NCBI RefSeq assembly: GCF_046119375.1
Contig: NW_027362771.1
Coordinates: 418,996,001 to 419,060,000, forward strand
From: Phyllobates terribilis
Taxonomy: Eukaryota
Length of the DNA stretch: 64,000 bases
Reading direction: 5' to 3'
Shown here: positions 10,896 to 23,322 of the stretch, piece by piece
Layout: every line of letters begins with the position of its first letter
Numbering within the stretch: the first letter of the stretch is position 1
Program-made: the position numbers and the translations under genes
The notes under the pieces: generated by a model
What the model was told of the DNA's origin: nothing
Seen by the model: only the letters and a program-made list of their open reading frames with translations
Databases searched by the model: none

Positions 10896-11313
10896 CTTCC
10901 TCCCCCCTAGTGGACCGTGGCCTACCTTGCGATGATCCTGTTCCGTAGGCCGCGGCTCCGCAGTGGATCGTCAGGGTTGAGGACCTTCCGTCGCGCTCCT
11001 GTGACGTCGGCGTCTGCTGGGCTCCTTCCAGGACCTTACGCAACGTCCGGACGTGAGGCGGGGCTTCAGTTCTCGCGCGCTTTCAGAGTCCACGCCCCTC
11101 TTCTTCCCGCGCGGCGTCCTCAAGATGGCGTCCAATGGCGGGAAAACTCCACGGATGGCGGGAAGAAGGCAGAAGATGGCGCCGGATGGCGGGAAACTTC
11201 ACCGATGGCGGGAAGAAGGCTGAAGATGGCGCCGGATGGCGGGAATCTTCACCACAGGTAAGTTTGAAAAGTCTCTTTTTCAGGCACGCAGTACCCGGTG
11301 GTTGCGGGCACGA

Positions 11314-11332
11314 AATCCTGCCGACTACGCCA
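11314..11332 (-). promoter_or_regulatory. Primer-binding site complementary to tRNA-Ser 3' end
   Basis: TGGCGTAGTCGGCAGGATT, 4 nt (ACTT) after the 5' LTR; complements the vertebrate tRNA-Ser end ...AATCCTGCCGACTACGCCA (tRNA sequence recalled, not searched). Confidence 0.9.
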
Positions 11333-11336
11333 AAGT

Positions 11337-12303
11337 TGACGCGCCCCTGGGCCTGTGTCGCGCTGCGTTGCGCACGCGGGAGCTTACCCGGAGCCGGATC
11401 TCTTGAGGGTTGTAGTCTCGTGGCGGTGACCCGGTCCGTGCCCAGGGAGTCAAACTGAGCGGCGATGTAACAGCGGTAGATGTAGGACGACTACGCCACC
11501 CGTTGAATGCAGCTATGGAGCTGCCGCTGCAGGACAGTCCGCTGAGGCCGGTGGATGGATGGTGCAGCGTAGATGGTATAACCCCCAACGGGAGGGGTAT
11601 GGCCTCAGGGCAGCAGATGTGGATGATGGGGGTAGCAGGAACCACTCAGAGACGGTGCGGTGTAATTCAGGGTCTTTACTGGTAACAACGATAGACCCTC
11701 CCGGAGTACTTGCTAGTGAACGGGGCCTGGTCAGTCCTTGAGCAGATGGGATCTCCCCTGGCCAGGCGGAGTTGTAGGCCTCCCAAACTGACTGTACTCT
11801 TCTGGCTACCTTGCTAGAAGCGGATATAAGTAGCCCACGTCCCTGAGTGTACCGTGTGGTGCTCACCCGTATGGCCGGTGACTCGGGGCCTTCTAATGGC
11901 TTCCGCTCCACGATGGCGGTGCTGGTCCCACGCGTGTGACCGTGCCTTCGGGTTTCTGGGCCTGAGGACCTGAAATCCCCTGCCGGTCGGCTTCTGCTGC
12001 TGGGTAAGAGTTAGTCCCCACAGCCTCGGACGCCGGGTCCGGTAAGAAAGCTTCTCAGTCAGGGCGAGCTCTGCAGCTGCCAGCCCCTGACTCGTAGTAG
12101 TATTGCTTCTGCTGTTTCTTGTCTCTACTCTCCTTGACTGACTAACCCTGCCTCAGCCCAGGGTTTATACAGGGGAAGTTCTTCCCCTCCCAAGACTGGG
12201 CAGGAGGTGTGGCATGCACAGGATCCCTGACCAAAGGACCTCCCACCTGCTCTCAGACATAACATTACATTACTGTGGAAAACCAGACCCCTGGGGTGCC
12301 ACA
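11337..12303 (-). repeat. 5' LTR of Gypsy element
   Basis: Direct repeat of 4472-5438, followed by the PBS in element orientation. Confidence 0.97.
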
Positions 12304-13520
12304 GCAACACCCGGGAAGCCTTTGCAGACTGCGCTGGAAGCCGGAAGAGGAGGTGAGTATCGCCGGTCACCTCCCCTTGCCCCCGCAATGCCGCGATCGA
12401 CTTCGATCGCAGCATCGCGGGGGTTAATGTGCTGGGAGCGGTGCAGGACCGCTCCCTGCACATAGTACCGGGTGTCAGCTGTGACAATCAGCTGACACCC
12501 GGCGGCGATCGCGCCCGCACAGCCTGTGTGCGCGCGCGATCGCGATGACGTACTAATACGGGTCTAGCTCTTAAGTCCCAGGGCACAGACGCGTATTAGT
12601 ACGTCAGATGTTATTAAGGGGTTAAGGGAAATGTGTTTTGCTTACTATGGCTTAGACTGGTGAGAACTTTCCCAGCACATATTTTGCAGTTTATTGCCAT
12701 ATAAGGTTATTTTAATTTAATATATGGAGAACACTGGGCGGTAATCTGTGTGATTTCCTGTGCCTTAGGCCGCACTCAGACGGCCCTTGTGCTGCCAAAG
12801 TTAATGAGCCATATTAGGACTTGACTTATAGGTAATTTTGTAAAAAGAAAACCCCTAAAACATTTAAACTGTTATTAAATATATATCACTTTATAAATAT
12901 TTTTTTTCCTATTTGATAGATGCTAAACCATGAAAATATAATGTACCTAAAATACAGCACAAAGGAGGAAGCTGAAAAAGCCCAAAGGCAAAATGGCAAT
13001 ATATTTTGCCCATTTCTCAAGCTTCGAGTAGAGTCCAGTAATGAGGTATCTGTTCTTCTCGTACTAGTTTTCACACACAGATACTAATGTGTATAAAACA
13101 GGTGCAGCAATGGAGGGTGGAGATGGATGGAAAATAAGTAGATCAAAAGGGACACTGCTTAGCCACACCAAGGGTGCACCGAGCACCTGTGCTTGGTTTG
13201 AACAGTTATTTTATCCTGACAAACTCCGTTTTTACTTCTGAAGACAGATGCAGTACCAGACATGGCGACATATAGACTTGCTGGGTAAGTTACTGCAGTG
13301 AATAGGCCGCTGTGCTCCAGCAATCTGTGATGTCCTTTTGTCCTGCTGTTGCCCCCCAATTTAAGGATTTTGTAAAACCACAGAAAACCCTTTTTAAGTC
13401 TTTAAATATTAATCTGTAGGGTTACTGTGAAGCAACCGTAATAACTGCAGAAAGGTTTTGACATGAGAGCTGTGAATGCCATGCTGAATATAACTCCAAT
13501 TCCATAAGTCACTAGATCTA

Positions 13521-13886
13521 AGGGGTCTTTCCTATGTCAGCCTTTTGTGGCCGAGATGAGAATAGTTCTGCCTAGGTTCCAGCCACTGGAAGTGTAGCTA
13601 CGAAGACGGCCAAAAACAGCTGAGCTACAGGTTCTTCTTGAACTCATTTTCACATATAGATACTGATCTCCTATATAAAACAAGTGAAGCACTGGACGGA
13701 GATAGGTGGGAATGTGCACTGAACTGCTCGGTGACGCCAAGGGTGCTCCGAATGCCTGTGCTTGGTTTGAACAGTAACTATTTATTTCTACATTTGTAGT
13801 CTTTCTGTAGCTCCACTTCCAGTGATCGGAGACAGAATGCAGCTATTTTATCTCGACCATAAAAGGCTGAGATAGGAATAACCTTC
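13521..13886. mobile_element. Degenerate MITE (T2/Kolobok-like ends)
   Basis: Imperfect terminal inverted repeats: CCTATGTCAGCCTTTTGTGGCCGAGAT... vs ...ATCTCGACCATAAAAGGCTGAGATAGG. Confidence 0.5.
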
Positions 13887-14479
13887 TAATGAAGGGATGT
13901 TGGTCTATAATGTGTATCATCATTGTATTTTTGTTGCTGATCTTCTTTACAGTCTGGGCTATAGATTAACCTATTGCGATCTTGCTTTCAGAGTATAATG
14001 CCTGAAGAAGAGCCTGTGTTGTTACAAGATCCAACAGAAAAGGACCACGATCGAATATTAAGCGTACGCCCAACTCGACCAGGAAGGGTCATCTTAAAAG
14101 CGGGCCGCTACTAGGTCATTCCAGGTATCTTTCCCACTGAGCAGGCTCTTCATCTTTGATGGTTGCTGTCCACTATTTCCACCCATTGACCAGACCAGCC
14201 AACTTTGCATAGCGTTAGTAGTCAGGACCACCACAGTGTTTCCTGCCTCAGAGCAGTTAGACTTAGTATTTCTCTCCTCTGCAGCACACAGCTTACCAAT
14301 ACATTGAGTAGGTAGAGGACGCTTGTATCCCATTATAATGGAATCATGGAAAAGTATTATCTGAATCAAGTCCAGCGGTCGGCGCTCATAGCAAGTGAGC
14401 AACTCTGCTACACACAGGCAATCTTCTCATTGCCTGTGCGTAGTACAGGAGATCTGACGAGTGCTGCTTGTAGTCTCCC

Positions 14480-15130
14480 ATGGAGACTATTGAAGTATGC
14501 AATAAGTGTAAAAAAAATGTTTTTCAAAATCTAAAAAAATATAAAAGTTTAAATCATCCCCCTTTCGCCCCATTCAAAATAAAACAGTAAAAAAAAAACT
14601 ACACAAACACATATTTGGTATTGCCACATTCAGAATCGCCCGATCTATCAATATAAAAAAAATTAATCCAATCGCTAAATGGCGTAACGAGAAAAAATTC
14701 TAAATGCTAGAATTACGTTTTTTTTGGTCGCCACAACATTGCAATAAAATGCAATAACGGGTGATCAAAACATCAGATCTACACCAAAATGGTATCAATA
14801 AAAATGTCAGCTCGGCACGCAAAAAATAAGCCCTCACCCGGCTCCAGATCACGAAAAATGGAGACACCACTTTTTTTTTTTAAGCAAACTTTGGATTTTT
14901 TTTTCACCACTTAAAGAAAAAGGAACCTATACATGTTTGGTATCTGTGAACTCGTAATGACCTGGAGAATATTAATTGCAGGTCAGTTTTAGCATTCAGT
15001 GAACGTGGTTAAAACAACAACTGTGGAATTGCACTTTTTTGCAATTTCACCACACTTTGAATTTTTTCCCCATTTTCCAGTACACGATATGGTAAAACCA
15101 GTGATGTCTGCAGTTAAATGCTCGCTCCAG
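14480..15130 (-). mobile_element. Internal fragment of the piggyBac-like family, opposite orientation
   Basis: 14740-14830 resembles the reverse complement of about 3870-3980. Confidence 0.5.
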
Positions 15131-15650
15131 TTCTGCTTTTGCTTTATCTGTGAAATGTTAAAAAGGCCAGGTGTAAAACATCTGTACCAAATAATACTGG
15201 GATGAATTATAAAAATGCTTAAAAAAGAAAATCTGCTAAAACAGAAACCTTTTTTTCATGCAGGACATAGAAAACATCAAGTACCCAGCATCTGAAGCGT
15301 ACAAGTGGCTTAGAAGATCTATGAGGAGTGGTATAAACCGGCAGTAACACCAACACTCAAAAAGGTTTAAGAAACAATTCTTTATCTTTGTATTTTCCAT
15401 TAATAAATAAATAGTCAACTTTACATATAATGTTAAAAAAGTGCCTCACACTGTGAGGGACATAGGAATAGACAATACTTGACGCATAGCATCTTTATAA
15501 AGACTCTGGTGGTTACCTTAATGCAATGGTGATAACAATTAGAGTGTATAGCTGGTCTCAATGCCTGGCAAATAATATATAGCAACATTGTAAAGGGTGT
15601 AATTTCCACCAGATAAAGTTAGCAGATGTAGAGCAGGTCTAATATTCCTC

Positions 15651-15685
15651 CACTCCAGCGCGCGTTTTGTATCACTTCCTCAGGG
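15651..15685 (-). ncRNA. Degenerate minimal hammerhead ribozyme motif
   Basis: CCC-CTGAGGA-agtgatac-AAAA-CGCGCG-CT-GGAG; the GAAA core has become AAAA. Confidence 0.5.
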
Positions 15686-16664
15686 GGCATTTCAGGGAGG
15701 GGGGCGCAGGTACATTAGATAGGTAGAGATAACCAATGATAGCATCGATTGTGGACATGTGATTAGACTGGAAGTGGGGCTAACTGCCGTAAGAGCATAT
15801 GTGGTGTATGCGGCGCATGAGGCCCCAAGACCGCCCCCAACATGTGACCTCCGATTTCTTGCCAGTGAACCACAAGCAGGCAGCATTGTCAGGGTAACTG
15901 CCTGTACACATGCTTAATCCTCAGTATGGGGCAAATGAACAAAAAACATGTATCATCACCAGTGATAAACAGCAGATCCACTAGATAAATATACTGCCAC
16001 ATAAGGTCAATGTCTATAGGTGCCTCAAAGGCAACATTTCAATAAGGAGATCGTTATCACTACTGCAAGGATCAAAGTTGGGGTATATTATGGAGAAAAT
16101 CTGCACTAGCCACAATGTAAACGCACAAGAATTTGTCATCTCATAATTTGTCATACAACATAAAATAAAGAATAAAAAGTAAAAAAATAAACCTCCTACA
16201 TTAAACATATTTCTTCACGAAGGTGTTAAAATAATAATATTGGTAATAATATAATATTTATAGATCACATATAATATTTCTAATATGCAAAAATGCCTGG
16301 AATACCCAACCCAAAGGACGTCTATTATTTCAAACAATGACAATTATTCTATGTGATAAGACAAATATGTGTCTCATAGTGCAAAGGGCAAAAAAATGTG
16401 CTATTACCTTAGACATTAATCATAATTAGTGATACTGTGAATAATTATTATTATTATTATTAAATATTTATATAGCGCCATTAGGTTCCATGGCGCTTTA
16501 CAAGTGTAGGGGCAGACAGGGACACGAACATGAAACATCAAGCAAGGCACACTGGTACAGTAGGGCAGGGGGTCCTGTCCACGAGGGCTCACAGTCTATA
16601 GGGGGTGGGTGGGGAGACATGAGGAAGGGGACAGGAGAGGGTGAGATGGTGTAGCGGATGGGTC

Positions 16665-19600
16665 TCAGTGTGGGCTGTAGGCCTGAAGGAAGAGGTGGGT
16701 CTTTAGGTTTTTCTTGAAGGTTCCCAGGTTAGGGGAGTGTCGGATGTGATGGGGGAGAGAGTTCCAGAGTATGGCGGATGCACGAGAGAAGTCTTGTAAG
16801 CGGTTGTGGGAGGAGGAAATGAGAGGGGAGAAGAGGAGCAGTTCTTGAGAGGAGCGAAGATCGCGCGGGGGGACATATCTGGAAACCAGGTCGGAGATGT
16901 AGGGAGGGGACAGGTTATGTATGGCCTTGTATGTTAGGGTTAGGGTTTTGAACCGTGATCTCAGGGCAATGGGGAGCCAGTGAAGGGTTTGGCAGAGGGG
17001 GGAGGCGGGGGTGAAATGGGGAGATAGGTGGATGAGTCGGTCAGCGGAATTGAGGATGGTGCGGAGAGGTGCGAGGGAGGAAGCGGGGAGGCCAGTGAGC
17101 AGGGGGTTGCAGTAGTCGAGACGGGAGATGATGAGTGCGTGGATAAGCGTTTTTGCCGAGTCCTGGTCAAGGAACGAGCGGATTCGGGCAATGTTCCTCA
17201 GTTGGAGTCGGCAGGCGGTGGCGAGGGCTTTGATGTGGGGCTTGAAGGAGAGGGAGGAGTCAAGGATTTCCCCGAGGCACTTGCCGTGGGAGACGGGTGA
17301 GAGGGTGCAGTCGTTGATTGTGATGGATAAGTTGTGGAGCTGGGGAGAGCGGTTGGGGGAGAAGACGATTATCTCGGTCTTGTCCATGTTGAGTTTCAGG
17401 AATCGGGCAGAGAAGAAGGATGAGATGGCGGATAGGCATTGGGGAATTTTGGATAGTAGGGCGGAAATGTCGGGGCCAGACAGGTAGAGCTGGGTGTTGT
17501 CAGCGTAGAGGTGGTATTGGAGGCCGTGGGATTCGATGAGTTTCCCCAGGCCGAGGGTGTATGCGGAGTAGAGTAGTGGTCCCAGGACTGAGCCTTGGGG
17601 AACTCCAACAGAAAGGGGGTGGGGCGAGGATGAGGTGTGGGAGTTGGTGACGCTGAAAGTCCAGTCCGTTAGGTAGGAGGAGATCCATGAGAGGGCTAGG
17701 TCAGTGATGCCAAGGGATTCTAGGATGTGGAGTAGGAGGGGGTGGTCGACTGTGTCAAAGGCGGCGGAGAGGTCGAGAAGAAGGAGGACGGAGTAGTGTC
17801 GCTTGCTCTTGGTGGTCAGTAGGTCGTTGGTGACTTTAGTTAGGGCTGTTTCGGTTGAGTTGTGGGGTCGGAAACCGGATTGAAGGTGGTCGAAGAGGGA
17901 AGAGGAGGAGAGGTGGGAGGACAGCTTGCTGTTCAAGTAATTTTGAGGCAAAAGGGAGGAGAGATATCGGGCGGTAGTTGGAGACTATTGCAGGGTCAAG
18001 GGAGGGTTTTTTGAGGATAGGTGTGATTGTGGCATGCTTGAAGGATGATGGGAAAGTGCCGGATTTAAGTGATAGGTTGAAAAGATGGGTTAGGGCGGGG
18101 GTGAGGACAGTGGTGAGGTTAGGGATGAGGTGGGAGGGGAGGGGGTCGAGGGCACAGGTGGTGAGGTGTGAGTGAGCTAGCAGAGAGGAGAGGAGGTCTT
18201 CTGTCATGGGGGAGAAACTACATTTGGGTGAAGGGGGTTGGGCGCCGAGCGGCTTGTAGATTGAAGCTTTGTCTGACTTTGTCAATCTTGTTCTTGAAGA
18301 AGGTGGCAAAGTCGTCGGCTGAGATGAGGGGCGAGGGGGGGGTGCAGGGGGACGGAGTAGAGAGTTGAAGGTATTGAAAAGTTGCTTGGGTTTGCGGGAT
18401 TTGGTGGTTATTAGGGAAGAGAAGTAGTCTTGTTTTGCATTCGTGAGAGCAGTCTTGAAGGCGGTGAGGGACTGTTTGAACGGGGTGAGGTGTTCAGCGG
18501 AGTGGGATTTCTTCCATTTCCTCTCAGCCACTCTAGACGTCTGCCGAAGTTTTTTTGTGAGGGGCGTTAGCCAGGGTTGTCTGTGTGCACGGGTTGTGAC
18601 GTGTCAGAGCGGGGCAGCTTGGTCGAGGGCTGTGCTGAGGGTGTTGTTGTAGAGGGTGGCGGCGGCGTCGGCGTCCTGAGATGAAGCTAGGCCGGAGAGA
18701 GGGAGGAGGCACTCGGAGAGTGAGTGGAAGTCGATGAGTTTGAGGTTTCTACGGGGATGGGGGAGTGTGCGGGGAGGGGCGATCAGAGAGGGGGGGAGAG
18801 GGAGGAGAAGGTCAGTAGGTTGTGGTCAGATAGGGGGAGAGGTGAGTTTTCGAGGTCAGCGAGGGAACAGAGGCGGGTGAAGACAAGGTCCAGTGTGTGG
18901 CGGATGAGGTCCATTGGGAGAGACCGAGGGAGGAGGTTAGGCATAGGAGTCAGAGGCGGCGGTGCAGGGGGTGTCAACGGGGATTTTGAAGTCACCCATG
19001 ATGATGGTGGGGATGTCAGAGGAGAGGAGGTGGAGGAGCCAGGTTGTGAAGTAGTCAAAGAAAGAGGAGGGGGATCCTGGGGGACGGTAGATAACTGCCA
19101 GTTGGAGGTTGCAAGGGGAGAAGATGTGCATGGAATGTGCCTCGAAGGAGGGGAGGGGATAGGAGGGGGGCGGCGTAATCGGGACGAAGGAGCATGTGTA
19201 GGCCAGGAGTAGGCCGACGCCTCCACCGCGGGTGTTGTTGGGGCGGGGGGTGTGGGAAAATGTAAGTCCACCGTAGGAGAGGGCGGCCGGGGAGGTTGTG
19301 TCAGAGGGGGTGAGCCAGGTTTTCGTGATGCCGAGGAAGGAGAGTTTTTTGGAGATGAAGAGGTCATGGATGTATGGAAGTTTATTGCAGACCGAGCAGC
19401 AGGCGTTCCAGAGGGCGCCCGGAAGGGAGACTGGGGAAGCAGGGGCGGGAGGGATGGGTCTGAGGTTGTTGAGGTTACGGGGGTTGGTTGTATGTCGTGG
19501 GAGTGGGGGGGTGGTGTGATGGGGTGGGCCAGGATTAGGGGAGATGTCACCCGCAATTTGGAGGAGCAGGGAGAGGGTGAGAAGGTGCGGGCTGGAGAGC

Positions 19601-19750
19601 TTGCGTGGCGGGCATGTTTGTTTGGACATGGAGGGTTGAAAGTGGAGGAACAGTTCTGAAGAGAGGGTGAGGTGAGTAGGTAGGATGGAGGGAGAGATGA
19701 GCATTTCATTACTGGGAGGAGTGATGAGTGGGGGTAATAGGAAGTGGAGA
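16665..19750 (-). pseudogene. L2 ORF2 (APE endonuclease + RT) broken by several frameshifts
   Basis: APE: ALWNA, GITKTWL, GGGVGLL, IYRPPG, MGDF. RT: [40 protein letters not shown]. Pieces lie in different frames. Confidence 0.9.
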
Positions 19751-20089
19751 AGGATGGGAGTGAGGGTGAGAAGAAGCGGGAACATTGCGGGGGTGAGTAG
19801 TGGGCGAGAGGTGACAGGGGTAGGAGGCAGCCCGGGAGCGATGTAGGTGGGGTGAGTCCTAGTGGGGGAAGGTGGCCACATGTGAGGTGCTGCTGGGGGA
19901 TAGGATGCGATCAGGGATGGGGAGCAGTTCAGGGATGGGTTGCAGTCCGGGGGAGAGGTACAAGCAGCCGGGGTAGAGATGAAGGTGAAGTAGCCGGGGG
20001 GTGATGCAGCAGCCGTGGACGAGGTGATGGAGCCTGGATGAGAGGGTGCGGCTGGGGATAGGATGATACGGCAGGGATGGGGTGATGCG

Positions 20090-20640
20090 GCAGGGATGAG
20101 ATGAAGCAGCCGGAGATGAGGTGATGCAGCAGGGATGAGATGAAGCAGCCGGAGATGAGGTGATGCAGTAGGGGTGAGATGGTGCAGTCAGAGATGAGGT
20201 GATGTAGCCGCGGTGAGGTGATGCAGCCGAGATGAGAGGAGGCAGCCGAGGATGAAGTGAAGCAGCCGATGATGGGAAGATGCAGCCGAGGATGGGAAGA
20301 TGCGGCCGAGGATGGGAAGATGCAACCAAGGATGGGATGATGCAGCCGAGGATGGGATGATGCAGCCGAGGGAGGGATGATGCGGCCGAGGATGAGATGA
20401 GGTGGCAGAGGATGGGATGAGGCAGCCGAGGATGGGATGATGCAGCCGAGGATGGGATGATGCAGCCGAGGATGGGATGATGCAGACGAGGAAGGGATGG
20501 TGCAGCCGAGGATAGGATGATGCAGCCGAGGATGGGATGATGCAGCCGAGGATGGGATGGTGCAGCCGAGGATGGGATGATGCAGCCGAGGATGGGATGG
20601 TGCAGGTGGTGCAGCCAAGGATAGGATGATGTAGCCGGTA
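20090..20640. repeat. 20-bp minisatellite (GATGGGATGATGCAGCCGAG)n within the L2 5' region
   Basis: Roughly 18 clear copies plus degenerate variants. Confidence 0.9.
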
Positions 20641-22895
20641 GCTGAATGATGCAGCCAGGGGCTCAGAAGCGGCTGGCAGGGGCAGGGGCAGGCAGCAGGG
20701 TGGGAGGCAGGATGAGAGGCAGCCAGCAGGGTCAGAGGTGGCCAGCAGGGTCAGAGGTGGCCAGCAGGGTCAGAGGCGGCCAGGAGGGTCAAAGGTGGAC
20801 AGGAGGGTCAGAGGCGGCCAGCAGGGTCAGAGGCAGCCTGAGGGGGTTCATTGCGGCCGGGGGGCCGGGTGCGGTGGGGAGTCAGGTGCGGTCGGGTCCT
20901 GTGAAGCTGAGGGCCCAGTTCATTCAGGGGTACGTTGCAGATAAGGGCCTGAACCTGCAGATGGGCCAGGTGTAGCTGAGGGCCCAGCGAGGTCGGGGGG
21001 CATGGTGCGGTCAGGGCCAGCGCAAGCAGGTGCAGTCAGGGGCCAGGTGTAGCTGGGGCCCAATATAGCCTGGGGTACGGTGCAGTCAGGGCCGGCATAG
21101 ACTGGTGCGGCCAGGTGTGGCTGAGGGCCCGGTGCGGCCTGGGGTATGGACCAGACGGTCTTGGCTGCGGTGTGGGCAGCTGTGGGGCACCGGGTCGGGG
21201 CGGGCCAGTGTGGGGGTCCGCTGCACAGTCGATAGGCTGGGAGCTGCAGTGGGCTCCACGCTAGGCTGGGGCCGATAGAGGCACCGAAGGCGTCACTGCC
21301 AGTCCCCGCACAGCCCACGGCCCCGCACCGCTGTGGGGGGTCCCGAGGGCAGCGCTGGCCGCTCCACTTGGTCCTCAGCTGGGTATGCTGCGGTGGACCC
21401 CGTGGGAGCACAGATTGCCCTCTGCGGCCCACAGCTCTGTAGCACCGCGGGGGACCAGGCACAGGTACGGGAGCCCAGGAGGGGGCAGGCCAGGCCGCGG
21501 TCGGGCCTGCAGCAATGGCGGGGTGTGGAGGACAGGGACGGCGGCACTGCACTTACCGGTGGTCCAGGCGGTGAAGAGCCGCACGGAGGTCCGGGGCTGC
21601 AGAAGCGCGGATGAGCGCCGCAGCCTTTGTGGGACCGTGCCGGGAGCGCTGGAGGCACCCGGGTGCCGTCGGTGTCGGGGATTCAGGCCCAGGTGAGGAG
21701 CCGCAGGGCACGGCCGCTGGCAGCACACAGGCAGACCAGCCAGAGGGTCTGGTAGGTGGCCCAGATGGTCGGAGAGTGCCCGAGGGTGGTGTAGGTGAGG
21801 ATGGTAGTGTGTAGGGAGGACGGGCGACCTTGGATGCGGTGGATGGTGTCCAAGTGCCTGGAGCCTCCCTACGTGCGACCATCACCCCCGGCGGCCCTAA
21901 GATAAGAAAATAGACACCAACGCCATTATTCATAAAACGGGAATATGGCTTTATCGAAAGTGAGAAGAGAACATAAGTGCATAAACAATGAAGACATTAG
22001 ACCCAAGTGATAAAAGTGTTATGGCAACCAATCATACGTGGTAGACATATATAGTGCCATACCATACATATCAAAATGCATGACTGATAAAATAGTGATA
22101 TGCAAAACACTCATCAATGGGGACCAGAAAAAGAGACTATGTGTACAAGGGTGGGTGATGGCTTATCAAAGTGAGAGCATTATCCCACCAGTGAAAGTAG
22201 TTATAGGGTATTGTTATCACACCCGTGAGTTTACATCAGGACATTTGTAATATTAATCCGACCTCTTCTCTTACTCATATACACAAGCATCCTCAGCTCA
22301 AGATATTTCAGAGCTAATTTAGCCTAATTATATAGTCCTAAAGGAGATGTTACCGCCAATATAAATAGATATTATAACACCCCATCTATATTATATTATA
22401 TTATATTACATTAAGACCCGTATGTAAATGGCATCATAATTGATCCCCAGGACATTCGATGGCAGTAGTAAATAAAGTCCCGGCAGACTGTTGTTGTAAT
22501 CAGACATATCAAAATAATATGTCTTTTCTTTTGTGTGTAGATATCACCAAAGCATCCTCCGCCAGTCAGAGTTCACCAATCATCAGGTAAGTCCATTACC
22601 GGCCAAATGTCACATATATCAACTACACAAAGAAAAGCTAGATAAGTGAAATGAGATAAGAAAAATTAAACATGATGGAAAACAATCCCCCCCCAGATAC
22701 TGAAACAATTTAAAAAAATGCACTGAATCCAAAATTTTCATGAAGCCCACTAGGTACAACAGTATTTAATCTAGAGATCCATTTGCTCTCTACTAGTGCA
22801 AGCATTTTGCAATTCCTTCCCCGGGACCCATAGATATACAAGATCAATACCTTCTATTTAAAGAATGCTGGAGTTACTCTGATGATGTTGATTAC

Positions 22896-23322
22896 AGCAC
22901 CACTCCAGGGTTTGTTTTATTGCACCGCTGGAGTGCTGCTTTACATATAATTCCCCCCACCCCCTATCTCATACTCACCTGCCACCACCTTCATCCTTTT
23001 TCACTGTCGCTCCGGTTGGTATCCAGCGAAAAGTGACCTACTGACAACTCCAGTGTTTCATGGAGCGGCGCAGAGGTCAGTTTTCAATGCAAGTCTATGA
23101 GGGCCTCATTCTGGCCTCGTTCTGGCCCTCATAGACTTGCATTCAGCTCTTGTGATGTAGCTTCTGACTTTTGGACAGTCAGAAGCTGCGCTCACAAGAT
23201 GGCGCTGCGGAACCAAAGTGGTGCCGAAATATAGGGAAGACGCCGGAGGGTGAGTATATGACCGGGGGCAGGAGGCTTACATTGAAAGCACCTTAAAATA
23301 AACAAACAGCTGGAGTGGTGCC
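22896..23322. mobile_element. T2/Kolobok-type MITE inserted in the PLE arm
   Basis: TIRs AGCACCACTCCAG / CTGGAGTGGTGCC, flanked by TTAC and TTAA; absent from the mirror arm. Confidence 0.55.

Larger units (their letters stand above)
4472..12303 (-). mobile_element. Full-length Ty3/Gypsy LTR retrotransposon, young and apparently intact
   Basis: Two 967-bp LTRs with TG...CA ends, 4-bp TSD GCAA, tRNA-Ser PBS, PPT, open gag and pol in PR-RT-RH-IN order. Three LTR differences seen by eye, all A/G. Confidence 0.97.
2..12621. mobile_element. Non-autonomous piggyBac-like (TTAA) DNA transposon, interrupted by a Gypsy element; left end may lie at or before the window start
   Basis: Right end ...ATTAAGGGG|TTAA (TTAA at 12622-12625). 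Window begins A|CCCCTTAAG, matching that end inverted. AT-rich interior with palindromic satellite and no transposase ORF. Host sequence rejoins across the GCAA TSD (4468-4471 / 12304-12307). Confidence 0.6.
16446..21900 (-). mobile_element. L2-clade LINE, near full length, frameshifted
   Basis: (TAA)n tail at about 16443-16462, 3' stem-loop GCGCCAT/ATGGCGC (16475-16496), APE and RT fragments, GC-rich 5' region. Inserted into the left arm of the PLE fold-back. Confidence 0.9.

Noticed and set aside
19859-20975. His/Pro/Ser-rich ORFs of 100-230 aa
   Set aside because: Translations of the 20-bp minisatellite; no independent evidence of coding.
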